A stretch of DNA of 64,000 bases from Methanobacteriota archaeon (GCA_963719035.1 CAVRAO010000006.1:1-64000), one strand, 5' to 3'; counted from the first letter of the stretch, positions 10,315 through 22,020 are shown. The notes: generated from the sequence alone by a model not told the origin. Translations and numbers: made by a program.

Positions 10315-11257
10315 CTCCTGAGCGCTCCAGCCCGGTCAACTTGACAAAGACGTCTTCAAGGCTCGGACCGAGCGTCGTGATGCTGATCACCCGTGTGTTG
10401 TGGGCGCGCGCGTATGCCGTCACGCCTTCGATGACCTCAGACGGGTCTTCAGTGTAGAGCCTGTACTTATCACCTTGTTTGCGGACCTCGTTCACCGTCG
10501 GAATCTTGCGGAGGTCGTCAAGCTGTGTTGGAGCGCTACTGTCAAAGGAGACCTCGATCGACTGGACGCTCTGAATCGTCTTTTTCAGCCGTTCGGGCGC
10601 ATCGATGGCGGCGATCAGGCCCTTGTCGATGATCGCTACCCGGTCGCAGAGGACGTTAGCCTCCTCGATGTTGTGTGTTGTCAAGAACACGGTAACCCCC
10701 TGCTGGACGAGGTCGCTGATGACGTCGCGGATGATGAGGTTGCTCTGGACATCGAGCCCGGAGGTCGGTTCGTCAAGGAAGAGCAGGCGCGGGCTGTTGA
10801 CCAGTCCCATGGCGATGGTCAGCCGCCGCCTCATCCCCTTGGAGAAGCCGTGCACTTTGTCACGCCGACGCTCATACAGCTCAAAGCGCTTCAGAAGCTC
10901 GGTCGCGTTCTTCTCCCGCTCGCTTCGACCAACGCGATAGAGCTGCGCGGAGAACATCATGTTCTGCCACCCAGTCAGGTCGGTGTACACGTTGGAGGTC
11001 TCAGAGACGATGCCCATGGATTGCCGTGCGGCAACGGTCTCGCGCACGATGTCGTGGCCAAAGATGGTCGCGGTTCCCGCGGTCGGAGGTGAAATCCCGG
11101 TCAGAATGCGGATTGTAGTTGTCTTCCCTGCGCCATTGGGACCTAAAAACCCGAAGATTTCCCCAACCCCAACGGAGAAGCTAATATCGTTGATGGCGGT
11201 GAGGGGGCCAAATTTCTTGACAAGATGAGAGACTTCAATTGCGTGCACGTGTTCCAC
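10292..11257 (-). CDS. ABC transporter ATP-binding protein (DrrA-like)
   Basis: GPNGAGKT, FSKGMRRR, LFLDEPT, TTHN; start approximate. Confidence 0.95.
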   Translation of the reverse strand: MEHVHAIEVSHLVKKFGPLTAINDISFSVGVGEIFGFLGPNGAGKTTTIRILTGISPPTAGTATIFGHDIVRETVAARQSMGIVSETSNVYTDLTGWQNMMFSAQLYRVGRSEREKNATELLKRFELYERRRDKVHGFSKGMRRRLTIAMGLVNSPRLLFLDEPTSGLDVQSNLIIRDVISDLVQQGVTVFLTTHNIEEANVLCDRVAIIDKGLIAAIDAPERLKKTIQSVQSIEVSFDSSAPTQLDDLRKIPTVNEVRKQGDKYRLYTEDPSEVIEGVTAYARAHNTRVISITTLGPSLEDVFVKLTGLERSGGGVTAID

Positions 11258-11366
11258 AAAAAAGGTGCACAGATCATCTATATTAATCACTCGCAACGCC
11301 CGCGACGTCTTTGAGCGCGCGCGTCGACAAAAGGTGTTTTAGAGCGACGATGCCCTGCGTGGACAG

Positions 11367-12065
11367 CTAGCGTAATATCCGCTTTGCCGCCTCTTCATAC
11401 GCGGTGATGAGATCGCCTCGCTCGTATCGGAAGACGTCCTTATCGACCGACTGACCTGACTCCTTTAACCAGAGACGACAGGTGTCGCAGCTAATCTCAT
11501 CGGCGAGGAGTATCGTACCGTTTCGTGCCTTCCCGAACTCCAACTTAAAATCGGGCAGGAGGAGTCCCCGCTTACCGAGGTACTCCTTCAAGATGGCGTT
11601 AATGCGCAGCGTGAGCTCCCGCACGGTCGCCAGCTCGTCCTCTGAGGCGAGATGCAGCGCGCGTATGAGGTCGTCGTTGAGCATCGGATCGCCGTACGGG
11701 TCAGACTTATAGTCGATGACGATCACCGGCGGGACGAGTTTCTGTCCCTCCTTGAAGGGGTACTTGCGAACGATCGAACCGGCAGCGATGTTCCGGGCGA
11801 TGATCTCGAGTGGGATGATCTTCACCGCCTTTACGAGCATCCGGGCATCGCCAACCATGCGTATGTAGTGCGTGGCGATCCCGTGCTCTTCTAAGAGCTC
11901 AAAGAGCCGCGCGGAAATCTGTGCATTGTACCGTCCCTTGTCCGGCACCGTCGATTTTCGCTTCCCGTCAAAAGCCGTGACGTCATCGCGGAACTCCATG
12001 AGATACTCATCGGGGTTCTCCGTTTTGTGCACGGTTTTTGCTTTTCCAATGTGAACGATGTCCAT
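11367..12065 (-). CDS. purC: SAICAR synthetase
   Basis: GKAKTV, FRDDVTAFDG, PLEIIARN, DFKLEFG, LADEISCDTCRLW, DKDVFR. Confidence 0.97.
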   Translation of the reverse strand: MDIVHIGKAKTVHKTENPDEYLMEFRDDVTAFDGKRKSTVPDKGRYNAQISARLFELLEEHGIATHYIRMVGDARMLVKAVKIIPLEIIARNIAAGSIVRKYPFKEGQKLVPPVIVIDYKSDPYGDPMLNDDLIRALHLASEDELATVRELTLRINAILKEYLGKRGLLLPDFKLEFGKARNGTILLADEISCDTCRLWLKESGQSVDKDVFRYERGDLITAYEEAAKRILR

Positions 12066-12069
12066 AGCG

Positions 12070-13116
12070 TTACCTTGTTTTCCTCTTGCGGAAGCCTTCC
12101 TCATCAGCCAGCTCGCCAATGAGCGGCGCAAGCGCCGTGCTGTACCACCCAGCGCGTACGTACTGCGGATAAATGGCCAGCCGCTCAGTAAGCCCCACGC
12201 CGAGGTCTGCGACATCCGGCCATTCATGCTCCGGATTAATATAGTCGACCGTCACCGTCGAGATCCCACCCAGATCAGAAGCTCCTGCACGAAGGAGAGG
12301 CGCAATTTCGGCGAGGTTGGGCGGCACCTGAATCGCCACTTCGTCAGGGAGGAGATGGCGCGCGAGTGCGACAGTGCGGATCAGCACCTCGTTACCGGGG
12401 CTTGGTGATCCTGCCATGCGCGTGCCCGGCTTCGGGGCGAACGGTTGAATGATGACCTCTTGGATGTTCCTGTATCGGTGATGCAGATCCGCCAGGAGTT
12501 CGAGCGAACGGATGCGGTCGCCCCAATCTTCCCCGATCCCGATGAGGAGTCCTGTGGTAAACGGCACGTGCAGCTTGCCCGCGTCCTCAATGGTCCACAC
12601 CCGGAGTTCTGGGTCTTTGCCAGCACAGCCCTCGTGGGCGCTCACCGACGCCGTCGTCTCAAGCATCAGGCCCATGCTCGCGTTAACGGGTTTCAAGCGC
12701 TCGAGCTCGTCGAAGGTGATGATGCCAGGATTGCTGTGTGGGAGTAGTCCAATGGCAATGGCTGCCGTACAGAGATCACAGAGATAATCCAGAAAACTGT
12801 CGTAACCGAGCGCCCCAAGCTTCTTAAGAAAGCCCGGAACCTGGTACGGGCGCTCTCCAAAGGTGAAAAGTGCCTCCGTGCAGTCGGCGTCCTTGGCCTG
12901 CCGCAGCAAGGCTTCGACCTCGTCTGGCCCCATAAGGTGCGCCTCAGCGTCGCCGATGTCTCGTCGAAATCCACAGTAGCCACACGCGTTACGGCAGATG
13001 TTGGTCACCGGAACAAAGACGTTGCGGGAGAACGTGACGCGTGTCGGAAGGGCAAAAGAGAGCGTCTCCAAAGGGGCAGTGACGATGTCTGCGGTGCTCA
13101 CGTCCTCAAGCGACAT
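12070..13116 (-). CDS. cofG: FO synthase subunit CofG (radical SAM)
   Basis: TFSRNVFVPVTNICRNACGYCGF, LPHSNPG, ASMGLMLE, PFTTGLLIGIGE, QVPPNL, DLGGIS, DYINPE. Confidence 0.96.
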   Translation of the reverse strand: MSLEDVSTADIVTAPLETLSFALPTRVTFSRNVFVPVTNICRNACGYCGFRRDIGDAEAHLMGPDEVEALLRQAKDADCTEALFTFGERPYQVPGFLKKLGALGYDSFLDYLCDLCTAAIAIGLLPHSNPGIITFDELERLKPVNASMGLMLETTASVSAHEGCAGKDPELRVWTIEDAGKLHVPFTTGLLIGIGEDWGDRIRSLELLADLHHRYRNIQEVIIQPFAPKPGTRMAGSPSPGNEVLIRTVALARHLLPDEVAIQVPPNLAEIAPLLRAGASDLGGISTVTVDYINPEHEWPDVADLGVGLTERLAIYPQYVRAGWYSTALAPLIGELADEEGFRKRKTR

Positions 13117-13187
13117 AAAAGCGAAGCCGTTTTTACCTCTACATGACCGCGGTAATATATAAATAACGGGGACGCAAAGCCACCGGT

Positions 13188-13817
13188 GTGGCGACGATGC
13201 ACACGGTAAAAGCGGTCGTGCCGTTCAAGACGCGCGGAGCGAAGACGCGGCTTGCGCCGTTTCTCTCTCCTGACGAGCGCATGGCCTTTTCAAAGGCGAT
13301 GCTTCGCGACGTGCTGCACAGCTTGCAGGGCATTCACGTGACGATCCTCGCGACCGAGGACTTCAACACAGGGTGCGACTGGGCGCACGTGCAGCTCAAC
13401 CACCACGACTTGAACACGGCCATCAACGAGTATATCAAGCACGAACGAGATCCGACCCTCATCGTGATGTCGGATATTCCGCTCATCCAAGAGTGGCACG
13501 TCCGCGAGATGATCTCTGAGTGCATCACGCTCGTACCCGGCCGCGGCGGCGGCACAAACGCCATCTTCATGCGAGACCCCTCCCGATTCAAGGTCGACTT
13601 CTACGAGGTGAGCTTTCTCAAACACGTTGCCATCGCCAAGGAGCGCGGGCTTCCCCTCAAAATTCTCGACTCGTTTTACATGAGCACCGACGTTGACAAG
13701 CCTGAAGATCTTGCCGAGGTGCTCGTCCACTGCCCCAGCCACTCGTGTGCGTACTTGCGCTCAATCGGCGTCCGGCTCAGCTACGGCAAGAGCCGCATCA
13801 GCGTCGAACGCGACTAA
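13188..13817 (+). CDS. cofC: 2-phospho-L-lactate guanylyltransferase
   Basis: VVPFK...AKTRLAPFL, MSDIP, PGRGGGTN, SFLKH, DVDKPEDL; divergent from cofG. Confidence 0.95.
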   Translation: MATMHTVKAVVPFKTRGAKTRLAPFLSPDERMAFSKAMLRDVLHSLQGIHVTILATEDFNTGCDWAHVQLNHHDLNTAINEYIKHERDPTLIVMSDIPLIQEWHVREMISECITLVPGRGGGTNAIFMRDPSRFKVDFYEVSFLKHVAIAKERGLPLKILDSFYMSTDVDKPEDLAEVLVHCPSHSCAYLRSIGVRLSYGKSRISVERD

Positions 13818-13865
13818 TCGATTAAAATCGCTAAATCCTAAAACGAATCGCTGCTTTGAGGGAGG

Positions 13866-14801
13866 TTAAAAGACGGGCGTGAGCCACTGCGAATAGCGCG
13901 GATCGTTCCCGCGCGCCGCGTTAAAGTACGCGTCCTTAAGCTCCTGCGTTATCGTGCCGACCGTACCGTCGGCGATGGGGATCCCATCGACGCTCGTTAC
14001 GGGGGCCACTTCTCCTGCGGTGCCGGTTAAAAAGAGCTCGTCGGCTGCGTAGAGCTCTGATCGGCTGATCCGCCGCTCATGCACCTTGTAACCGCGGTCC
14101 GCACAGATCGTAATGATCGCGTCGCGGGTAATCCCCTCAAGAATATCATCTGAAACCTCGGGCGTGAGCACCGTACCCTTACGCACGAGAAACACGTTCT
14201 CGCCGCTCCCTTCTGAGACGAACCCATCCTTGGTGAGGAGAACTGCCTCGTCGTACCCGTCTTGGACCGCCTCGACTTTTGCGAGGACGCTGTTGACGTA
14301 TGCTCCGGCGAACTTGCCCGTTGGTGGGAGCGCGTTGTCTGAAACACGTGCCCATGAACTCACGCACACTTTAAGGCCAGCGCCGTCGTCGTTCGAACCC
14401 CCATCGCCGTCGACGAAGTAATTGCCCATCGGTTCAATGTAGATCGCGTAATCGTTTGCCCTCCCGTATGGGTACAGGCCAACGGTCCCGGCGCCCCAGT
14501 AGATGATCGGTCGTATGTACACGTCCTCTTTAAGCCCGTTTTTGCGCACGACGTCAACGATCGCGTCCGCAAACTCCTGCTTCGTGAGCGGCACTGTGAG
14601 CCTAAGCACGCGCATGTTGCGATACAACCGCTCGACATGCTCTGTTAGTCGAACGATGAAACTTTGACCCTTTTCATCGTTATGATAGGCCCTTATGCCC
14701 TCAAACACAGCAGTACCATAATGGAGCGCGTGTGTGGTTATGTGAACCGTGGCGGCGCTCCACGCCACGTACTTGCCATTCATCAGAACTTTGCGACTCA
14801 T
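13866..14801 (-). CDS. ilvE: Branched-chain amino acid aminotransferase
   Basis: HALHYGTAVFEGIRAY, YIRP, YVNS, EGSGENVF, ILEGITR, ADELFLTGTAGE. Confidence 0.96.
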   Translation of the reverse strand: MSRKVLMNGKYVAWSAATVHITTHALHYGTAVFEGIRAYHNDEKGQSFIVRLTEHVERLYRNMRVLRLTVPLTKQEFADAIVDVVRKNGLKEDVYIRPIIYWGAGTVGLYPYGRANDYAIYIEPMGNYFVDGDGGSNDDGAGLKVCVSSWARVSDNALPPTGKFAGAYVNSVLAKVEAVQDGYDEAVLLTKDGFVSEGSGENVFLVRKGTVLTPEVSDDILEGITRDAIITICADRGYKVHERRISRSELYAADELFLTGTAGEVAPVTSVDGIPIADGTVGTITQELKDAYFNAARGNDPRYSQWLTPVF

Positions 14802-14942
14802 CCAAGACCTCTTTGTCAGCTCACGATCGCTGTTATTCGATAAAGCGTGTTTCTTCAATGCGCAACTACCCATTTAAACCTTTTTTTCTCGAGCTACGCC
14901 ATCAGATGAGTTATATACCGGCCACCGCAACTAATTGTCCAT

Positions 14943-15016
14943 GGGCCTGTAGTATAGTCTGGATAGCACAGTGGCCTCCGGAGCCTCTAACCCGGGTTCA
15001 AATCCCGGCAGGCCCG
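14943..15016 (+). tRNA. tRNA-Arg(CCG)
   Basis: Acceptor stem GGGCCTG/CAGGCCC; anticodon loop CTCCGGA; T arm CCGGG-TTCAAAT-CCCGG; no encoded CCA. Confidence 0.93.
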
Positions 15017-15121
15017 CTCTTTTTCATCGCCCCTAAGACGCGTCCGCGAGCGGTTGTATTCCGATTTACGTTACCACTAGTAGCTTGTCGAGTAAGTGCG
15101 TTGCACTTTTTCAAGCCGTTT

Positions 15122-15841
15122 TTACTGAGAGCCTTCGAGAACGCGACGCATTACTTCGTGCCGCACCACGTTAAACGGAAGGTTACAAAAGGGGAACAGT
15201 CGAATTTCGATCACGTCGCCGGTTTTCGGATCAACGACGAATGGGAAGTCAGCGCAGACCGTCGGTCGATCCGCATAGACGTGGCACTGATTATCCGCGC
15301 CAAGAAACTCACACGGCTTTGATTTCTTGAGCGCGTGAGCGAAGCGATGGTCATGGGTATCGGCAAATGGCGCGCAATGCCGTGCGACAAACTCCGCGGA
15401 TGATAGCTTAAGTCGAGCGCTCAAGCGCTCAACGTCGGCAGACGTCAACCTGACAATGTCGAAGTAGCAACAGCCCGGAAGCACACAGTTAGCGCACAAA
15501 CGTGCTGACGCATCGTCTGAGCGAAGATCGACTTTGGACAATCGCTCGCGTGACAATCCGAAGTGCCACCCCCCTTCACGTTCACTGATGACGTCGTCAA
15601 CGATGCGAGTTATGCGTTCCATTGCGCTTCTATCCGGTGCAAGAAGCCCTTTGTACACCTTCGCAGCCAGGGTGCGTCGTAGCTCTTCCTCTCGTCCCGC
15701 CTCAAAAAGGCGTCCGTAAGAATCGCCGTCCGCCTGCTGAGCAGCACGCCCGTTGGCCGCACAACGTGCTTCACCTTTTTTGCGCCGTCTTGTCACCACT
15801 CGTTCTTTGCTCCACTGATGTCCTAGGCAACGGTCTTGCAC
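15122..15841 (-). CDS. YkgJ-family cysteine cluster protein
   Basis: CANCVLPGCC, PCEFL, CHVYADRPTVCADFPF; start uncertain. Confidence 0.85.
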   Translation of the reverse strand: MQDRCLGHQWSKERVVTRRRKKGEARCAANGRAAQQADGDSYGRLFEAGREEELRRTLAAKVYKGLLAPDRSAMERITRIVDDVISEREGGWHFGLSRERLSKVDLRSDDASARLCANCVLPGCCYFDIVRLTSADVERLSARLKLSSAEFVARHCAPFADTHDHRFAHALKKSKPCEFLGADNQCHVYADRPTVCADFPFVVDPKTGDVIEIRLFPFCNLPFNVVRHEVMRRVLEGSQ

Positions 15842-16026
15842 CGCACCCTAATAGAGCTTCCCACGCCAGATGAAGAAGAGATGCCGCTACGAGCTGAGCC
15901 GCGGTGCATCGCGCGCATGATGGGCCCTGAGGGCGGCGGAGGCGTGCCCTGCGCTCCGCAATCAAATGCGGGCCGTGAGTCCCTTTTTCGTAAGAAACCT
16001 ATTAATGCTAGGATGCGCTCTTTAGA

Positions 16027-17088
16027 ATGATGTCAGACAAGATAGACGGTTTGCGGGACTTGCTTGAGCGACTTTCAAACGCACATGGGGTTTCCGGACA
16101 CGAGGGAAGCTCTCGCGATATAATCAAGCACGAGCTCACCCCCTACGTCGATGAGATTCGGACGGACGCGTTTGGCAATCTGATCGCGATCAAGAAAGGA
16201 AGCGGGCCGTCGGTCATGCTCTCAGCGCATATGGACGAGGTCGGCCTGTCCGCGAAGTACATTGACGAAAACGGGTTTATCTACTTCATCGGCATCGGTG
16301 GTTGGTTCGACCAAACGCTATTAAACCAGCGCGTCACGCTCCACGGAACCAACGGCGGCGTAGCCGGAGTGATCGGTTCAAAGCCACCTCATATTCTGGA
16401 GGACGAGGAAAAGAAGAAACCGATCCCGATTAAGGACATGTTTATGGACATCGGCGCAGCAAGCGCTGAAGAGGTGGAAAGCCTCGGCGTGACAATCGGC
16501 ACGCCAGTCACGATCGATCGACAGTTCACGCCGCTTTCGAATGACCTCGTTACCGGAAAGGCGCTCGACGACCGGGCAGGGTGCGCGATGATGATCGAGG
16601 CCATGAAACGCACGAAGGCGACGACGACGATATTTGCGGTCGGATCGACACAGGAAGAGGTTGGCCTGAAGGGCGCCAAGACGGCATCATTTGGACTAAA
16701 CCCTGACGTCGCCATAGCCACCGAGACCAATATCGCGGGCGACTATCCCGGCATCGAAAAGAAGCTGGCGCACTTGGAACTCGGCAAGGGCCCCTCTGTC
16801 ACCGTCGTCGACGGGGGCGGTCGCGGGCTCATCACCCCCGACTCGGTGCTTCGCTGGACTGAAGAGACGGCAGCAAAGGCACAAATCGCCTACCAGCGTG
16901 ATGTCAGCTCGGGCGGCACTACTGACGCTACGGCAATCAACCTGACGCGAGCCGGGATACCTGCCGGCGTAGTGAGCGTCGTCACGCGGTATCTCCACAC
17001 CCCCGTCGAAGTGCTCAACCTCAAGGACCTCGATGCCGCCGCTGAATTAGTTGCCCGAATGCTTGAGACGGTCGGCGATTACTTTTAA
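16027..17088 (+). CDS. M42 family metallopeptidase (TET/FrvX-like)
   Basis: SAHMDEVG, GKALDDRAG, QEEVGLKGA, GGTTDA, RYLHTP. Confidence 0.95.
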   Translation: MMSDKIDGLRDLLERLSNAHGVSGHEGSSRDIIKHELTPYVDEIRTDAFGNLIAIKKGSGPSVMLSAHMDEVGLSAKYIDENGFIYFIGIGGWFDQTLLNQRVTLHGTNGGVAGVIGSKPPHILEDEEKKKPIPIKDMFMDIGAASAEEVESLGVTIGTPVTIDRQFTPLSNDLVTGKALDDRAGCAMMIEAMKRTKATTTIFAVGSTQEEVGLKGAKTASFGLNPDVAIATETNIAGDYPGIEKKLAHLELGKGPSVTVVDGGGRGLITPDSVLRWTEETAAKAQIAYQRDVSSGGTTDATAINLTRAGIPAGVVSVVTRYLHTPVEVLNLKDLDAAAELVARMLETVGDYF

Positions 17089-17178
17089 CGTTCTGGAGCG
17101 GTTCAAGCGATCGACGCCGCGAGCGTGAGAGCTTTTATATAGTTACGGCTTCATTTTAACCGCGTGGAAGTGACTACC

Positions 17179-18674
17179 GTGAGGGATCGCTTTATTTAAC
17201 GATATCAACTTTTTCGACACGACCCTGCGCGATGGTGAACAGACCCCTGGTGTGTCGCTCACCGCCGACAAAAAACTGTGGATTGCTAAGGCACTTGACA
17301 AACTCGGCGTCGATGTGATCGAAGCGGGATCCGCGATCACGTCGGAAGGGGAGCGTATCGCTATCAAAGGCGTCGCGCATGAAGGGTTGCGTGCTGAGAT
17401 CTGCAGCTATGCGCGCGCCCTCAAGGGTGACATCGATTATTGTCTCGAATGCGACGTCGACTCGGTGCACCTTGTCGTGCCAGTGTCGGATTTACACATC
17501 GAAAAGAAGCTGCGCAAGGATCGAGAGACCGTCCTTCGCATGGCCGTGGACACGACCTCCTACGCCGTTGATCACGGCCTCTTAGTGGAGCTCAGCGCCG
17601 AAGACGCATCGCGCGCAGACGCTGCCTTTTTGCGCGAGTTCTATCGTCAAGGTGTCGCCGCGGGCGCACAGCGGCTCTGTTACTGCGATACCGTCGGCGT
17701 CCTCGTCCCTGAGCGCGCTGCCGCTGAGTTCGCCGGCCTCTCGCAGATCGCGCCAATAAGCGTCCACTGTCACGATGACTTTGGCCTCGCAACAGCGAAC
17801 TCAGTCGCTGCTCTGAAAGCCGGCGCAACCCAAGTGCACGTGACGGTGAACGGTCTGGGCGAACGGGCCGGAAACGCGTCGCTCGAAGAGCTTGTAATGA
17901 CGCTCGAGTCGCTCTATAATTACAAAACGCGCCTTAAAACGACCGAACTCTATCTTGTTTCGAGGCTTGTTAGCCGGCTGACGGGGGTACCCGTTGCTCA
18001 GAACAAACCGATTGTCGGTGAGAACGCGTTCACACATGAGTCGGGCATCCACACCCACGGGCTGTTGGCAGACACGCGGACGTATGAACCGATCACTCCT
18101 GAGATGGTCGGCAGAGAGCGGCGAATTGTGCTCGGAAAGCACGCAGGCCGTGCGTCAGGTACAGCTCGCCCTCAAGGAGCTCGGCCTGGACGCGAGCGAT
18201 GAGCAACTCGGCGACATTTTGAAACGCATCAAGGAACTGGGTGACAAGGGAAAACGCGTTACCGACGCAGATTTGCAGGCCATTGCCGATGCCGTGCTCG
18301 AGATCAATCGCGAGGCTCGGATAAAACTTCAAGAGCTGACGGTGGTGTCGGGGAACGTCGTCACGCCGACGTCGTCGATCAAGCTCTCGGTTGACAACCA
18401 AGAGGTCGTTGAAGCAGGCATTGGCCTCGGGCCCGTAGACGCCGCGATCAATGCGCTTCGGAAGGCGATAGGAAAGCTTGCAGACATAACGCTCGAAGAA
18501 TATCACGTCGACGCAATCACCGGCGGCACCGACGCACTTGTCGAGGTGTGGGTTAAGCTCAGCCGAGATGGCCACGTCATAACGGCACGCGGGGCGCGCG
18601 CTGACATTATCATGGCGTCGGTTGAAGCGGTCGTTGAAGGCGTAAACAGGCTATTAACGTTGAATGGCAGGTGA
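17179..18674 (+). CDS. cimA: (R)-citramalate synthase / 2-isopropylmalate synthase family (two apparent frameshifts)
   Basis: [42 protein letters not shown]; C-terminal regulatory domain GPVDAA...GGTDA in a shifted frame after ~18158; cimA versus leuA not certain. Confidence 0.85.
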
Positions 18675-18680
18675 GATGCA

Positions 18681-20354
18681 ATGAACCTAAGCGGGGCCAA
18701 GGCAGTTATCAAAAGTCTCGAATACGAACACGTTGACACCATCTTCGGTCTTCCCGGTGGCGTCATCATACCCATCTATGATGAGCTCTACCAGCAGGAT
18801 GCCATTACGCACTACCTCGTGCGCCACGAACAAGCGGCAGCCCACGCGGCTGACGGCTATGCACGAGCGACCGGCAAAGTAGGCGTGTGCATGGCAACGT
18901 CAGGTCCCGGCGCGACGAACCTCGTCACAGGGATTGCGACCGCCTACATGGATAGCGTGCCACTCGTCGCGATCACCGGTCAGGTGACCACCGACCTGAT
19001 CGGCAACGACGCCTTTCAAGAAGCCGACATTACGGGCATCACACAGCCGGTCACAAAGCACAACTACTTGATTAGAGATGCGAGCGAGATCCCGCAAACG
19101 ATCAAAGAGGCGTTTCACATCGCGTCCACCGGGAGACCGGGTCCGGTCCTTATCGATGTTCCCAAGGATGTGCAGACGACGACGATTCGTTTTGATTACC
19201 CGAAAAAGGTCCACTTGCCCGGATATCAGCCGACGTACGACGGGCATCCCGGTCAGATCAAGCGAGCGGCAAAGGCCATTTCAGAGGCCCACCGCCCCGT
19301 CATCTACGTCGGCGGCGGCGTCAAGATCAGTGGAGCTTCCGAAGAGGTGCGTGCCCTCGCTGAGGCCATTCTAGCGCCCGTAACGATGACGCTTATGGGC
19401 ATGGGAGTGTTGCCCGCTGACCACCCGCTATCATTGGGGATGCTCGGCATGCACGGGACGCGGTATGCGAACTACGCGGTCATGGAATCAGATCTTATCA
19501 TAGCGATCGGCGCACGCTTTGACGACCGCGTGACGGGCAAGATCGCGAGCTTTGCGCCGAACGCAAAGATCATTCACATTGACATTGACCCCGCCGAGAT
19601 CGGCAAGAATGTCATGGTCGACATACCAATCGTTGGTGACGTGAAGCGTGTGCTCCAAAAACTCACGCCGATGCTCAAGCAGACGCGCACGAAAGAGTGG
19701 ATGGAGAAGGTGCGCACGTGGAAACGCGAATACCCCCTTGAGTTTGAAGAGACGGGTTTAAAGCCACAATACGTCGTGCGCGAGATAAGCAGATTATGCC
19801 CTGACGCAATCGTATGCACCGAGGTCGGGCAACATCAGATGTGGGCGGCGCAATACTTCAGCCATCGTCACCCGCGAAACTTCATTTCTTCAGGCGGTCT
19901 CGGGACGATGGGATACGGGTTCCCCGCATCCATCGGAGCGAAGATCGGTCGGCCGGATGAGACCGTCTTTGACCTCGCAGGCGACGGGAGCTTCACCATG
20001 AATTGTCAGGAGCTTGCCACGGCGGTCGCCTATGATGTTCAGGTCAAGGTGGCGATCCTCAATAACGGTTACCTCGGCATGGTCCGGCAGTGGCAGGAAC
20101 TCTTTTACGACCGGCGGTACTCCGCAACGAAGCTCTCTGAGATCAACTTCGTGAAGCTCGCAGACGCGTTCGGCGCCCACGGGATACGCGTCGATTCGCC
20201 GAACGAAGTCGCGCCCGCGATCAAAGAGGCGCTTTCCGTGCCAAAACCTGTTATCATTGACTTCAGAGTCGAACCTGAAGAGTGCGTGTTCCCCATGGTG
20301 CCGGCAGGGGCGGCACTTAACGAAATACTCGATGCAAAGAGCGGGAAGGTGTAG
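18681..20354 (+). CDS. ilvB: Acetolactate synthase large subunit
   Basis: [26 protein letters not shown]...NN TPP motif. Confidence 0.97.
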   Translation: MNLSGAKAVIKSLEYEHVDTIFGLPGGVIIPIYDELYQQDAITHYLVRHEQAAAHAADGYARATGKVGVCMATSGPGATNLVTGIATAYMDSVPLVAITGQVTTDLIGNDAFQEADITGITQPVTKHNYLIRDASEIPQTIKEAFHIASTGRPGPVLIDVPKDVQTTTIRFDYPKKVHLPGYQPTYDGHPGQIKRAAKAISEAHRPVIYVGGGVKISGASEEVRALAEAILAPVTMTLMGMGVLPADHPLSLGMLGMHGTRYANYAVMESDLIIAIGARFDDRVTGKIASFAPNAKIIHIDIDPAEIGKNVMVDIPIVGDVKRVLQKLTPMLKQTRTKEWMEKVRTWKREYPLEFEETGLKPQYVVREISRLCPDAIVCTEVGQHQMWAAQYFSHRHPRNFISSGGLGTMGYGFPASIGAKIGRPDETVFDLAGDGSFTMNCQELATAVAYDVQVKVAILNNGYLGMVRQWQELFYDRRYSATKLSEINFVKLADAFGAHGIRVDSPNEVAPAIKEALSVPKPVIIDFRVEPEECVFPMVPAGAALNEILDAKSGKV

Positions 20355-20358
20355 CCAA

Positions 20359-20859
20359 ATGAGACACACCCTATCGGTCCTCGTCGAAAATAAGCCTGGC
20401 GTGCTTGCAAGAACAGCCGGCCTTTTTAGCAGACGCGGGTATAACATCGAGAGCCTAACCGTTGGAGTAACCGAAAAAGAAAACGTTTCCCGGATGACTA
20501 TCGTGGTGGCCGGTGATGATACCGTAGTCGAACAAGTCACCAAGCAGCTCAACAAGCTCATCGAAGTCATAAAGGTGAGCGATCTCACGAAAGAGTCGTA
20601 CGTCGACCGGGAGCTCGTGCTGATCAAAGTCACCGCCGACAGCTCAAATCGAGGAGAGATTATGCAGCTTGTCGACGTATTCAGGGCGCGCATCGTCGAC
20701 GTGGCCGCTAAAAGCCTCATCATTGAGGTGACAGGAGATGCGGGAAAAATTACAGCGCTCATCGATACACTCAAGCAATTCGGCGTTAAGGAGATCGTGA
20801 GGACGGGCACGTTAGCCCTAGGAAGAGGATCAAAGGTAATACAAAGCGCTAAGGACTAG
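20359..20859 (+). CDS. ilvN: Acetolactate synthase small subunit
   Basis: [37 protein letters not shown]. Confidence 0.97.
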   Translation: MRHTLSVLVENKPGVLARTAGLFSRRGYNIESLTVGVTEKENVSRMTIVVAGDDTVVEQVTKQLNKLIEVIKVSDLTKESYVDRELVLIKVTADSSNRGEIMQLVDVFRARIVDVAAKSLIIEVTGDAGKITALIDTLKQFGVKEIVRTGTLALGRGSKVIQSAKD

Positions 20860-21033
20860 CGTTAATACGTTTGAAGAAACACCAGATAAGCGCTCACTTA
20901 AGAAGGCCTCGTCGATACGCGGCTAAGGACGGTGCTCAAGCGGAGCGTAACGATGGTGATCAACGCGCCGCAAGCTTTTTTTGTGCCACCCACACATTAC
21001 ATACGCTGAAGAAGAAAAGCGGAGGGTCAACAT

Positions 21034-22020
21034 ATGGTACAGATGTTCTATAATGAAGACGCTGACTTGAAAAATCTAAGTGATAAGATAATCGCAATCA
21101 TCGGTTACGGCAGCCAAGGACACGCGCAAGCACAAAACCTGAAGGACTCAGGATTGGACGTCATCATTGGCCTGCGCAAGGGGCGATCGTGGGACAAGGC
21201 GCAAAATGACGGCTTCAACGTCGTGAGCGTCAAAGAGGCGGCTAAAAAGGGAGACATCGTGCAGATGCTGCTTCCCGACGAGCGCCAAGCGGCAGTCTAT
21301 GCTTCTGAAATCGGAAAGCACCTCGAAGAGGGGAACGCGATTTCGTTTTCTCATGGCTTCAACATTCACTATGGCCAGATCGTTCCACCGGCAAACGTTG
21401 ACGTTTTTATGATTGCGCCAAAAGGGCCGGGTCACCTTGTGCGCCGCGTGTATACACAAGGCGAAGGCGTCCCCGCGTTAGTTGCCGTATGGCAAGATTA
21501 TTCAGGGAACGCATTTCAAACCGCGCTAGCGTATGCTAAGGGGATTGGAGCGACACGAGCAGGGGTTCTTGAGACGACGTTTAAAGAAGAGACGGAGACC
21601 GACCTCTTCGGAGAGCAAGCCGTCCTCTGCGGTGGAACAACCGCACTGATCAAAGCCGGTTTTGAAACGTTGGTTGAAGCGGGGTATAAGCCAGAAATTG
21701 CCTATTTTGAGTGTCTACACGAACTAAAGCTCATTGTTGACCTTGTCCACGAAGGCGGGCTTTCGTGGATGCGCCATTCAATAAGCGACACCGCAGAATA
21801 CGGGGACCTCACGCGAGGCGACCGCATCATCACTGACGCCACGCGTGAAGCCATGCGCGGGTTGCTTAAAGATATTCAAACAGGTGAGTTCGCACGCGAA
21901 TGGATACTTGAAAACCAAGCTCATCGCCCTGTGTACAACGCCCTCAAGCAAAAAGACCGAGAGCACCCGATAGAGCTGGTTGGTAGCAAGCTCCGCGCTA
22001 TGATGTCATGGCTCAAGTAA
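21034..22020 (+). CDS. ilvC: Ketol-acid reductoisomerase
   Basis: [35 protein letters not shown]. Confidence 0.98.
   Translation: MVQMFYNEDADLKNLSDKIIAIIGYGSQGHAQAQNLKDSGLDVIIGLRKGRSWDKAQNDGFNVVSVKEAAKKGDIVQMLLPDERQAAVYASEIGKHLEEGNAISFSHGFNIHYGQIVPPANVDVFMIAPKGPGHLVRRVYTQGEGVPALVAVWQDYSGNAFQTALAYAKGIGATRAGVLETTFKEETETDLFGEQAVLCGGTTALIKAGFETLVEAGYKPEIAYFECLHELKLIVDLVHEGGLSWMRHSISDTAEYGDLTRGDRIITDATREAMRGLLKDIQTGEFAREWILENQAHRPVYNALKQKDREHPIELVGSKLRAMMSWLK

Noticed and set aside
14943-15841. tRNA-Arg as an integration site for an island
   Set aside because: No integrase nearby, no duplicated tRNA 3' end noticed, and the flanking genes are housekeeping
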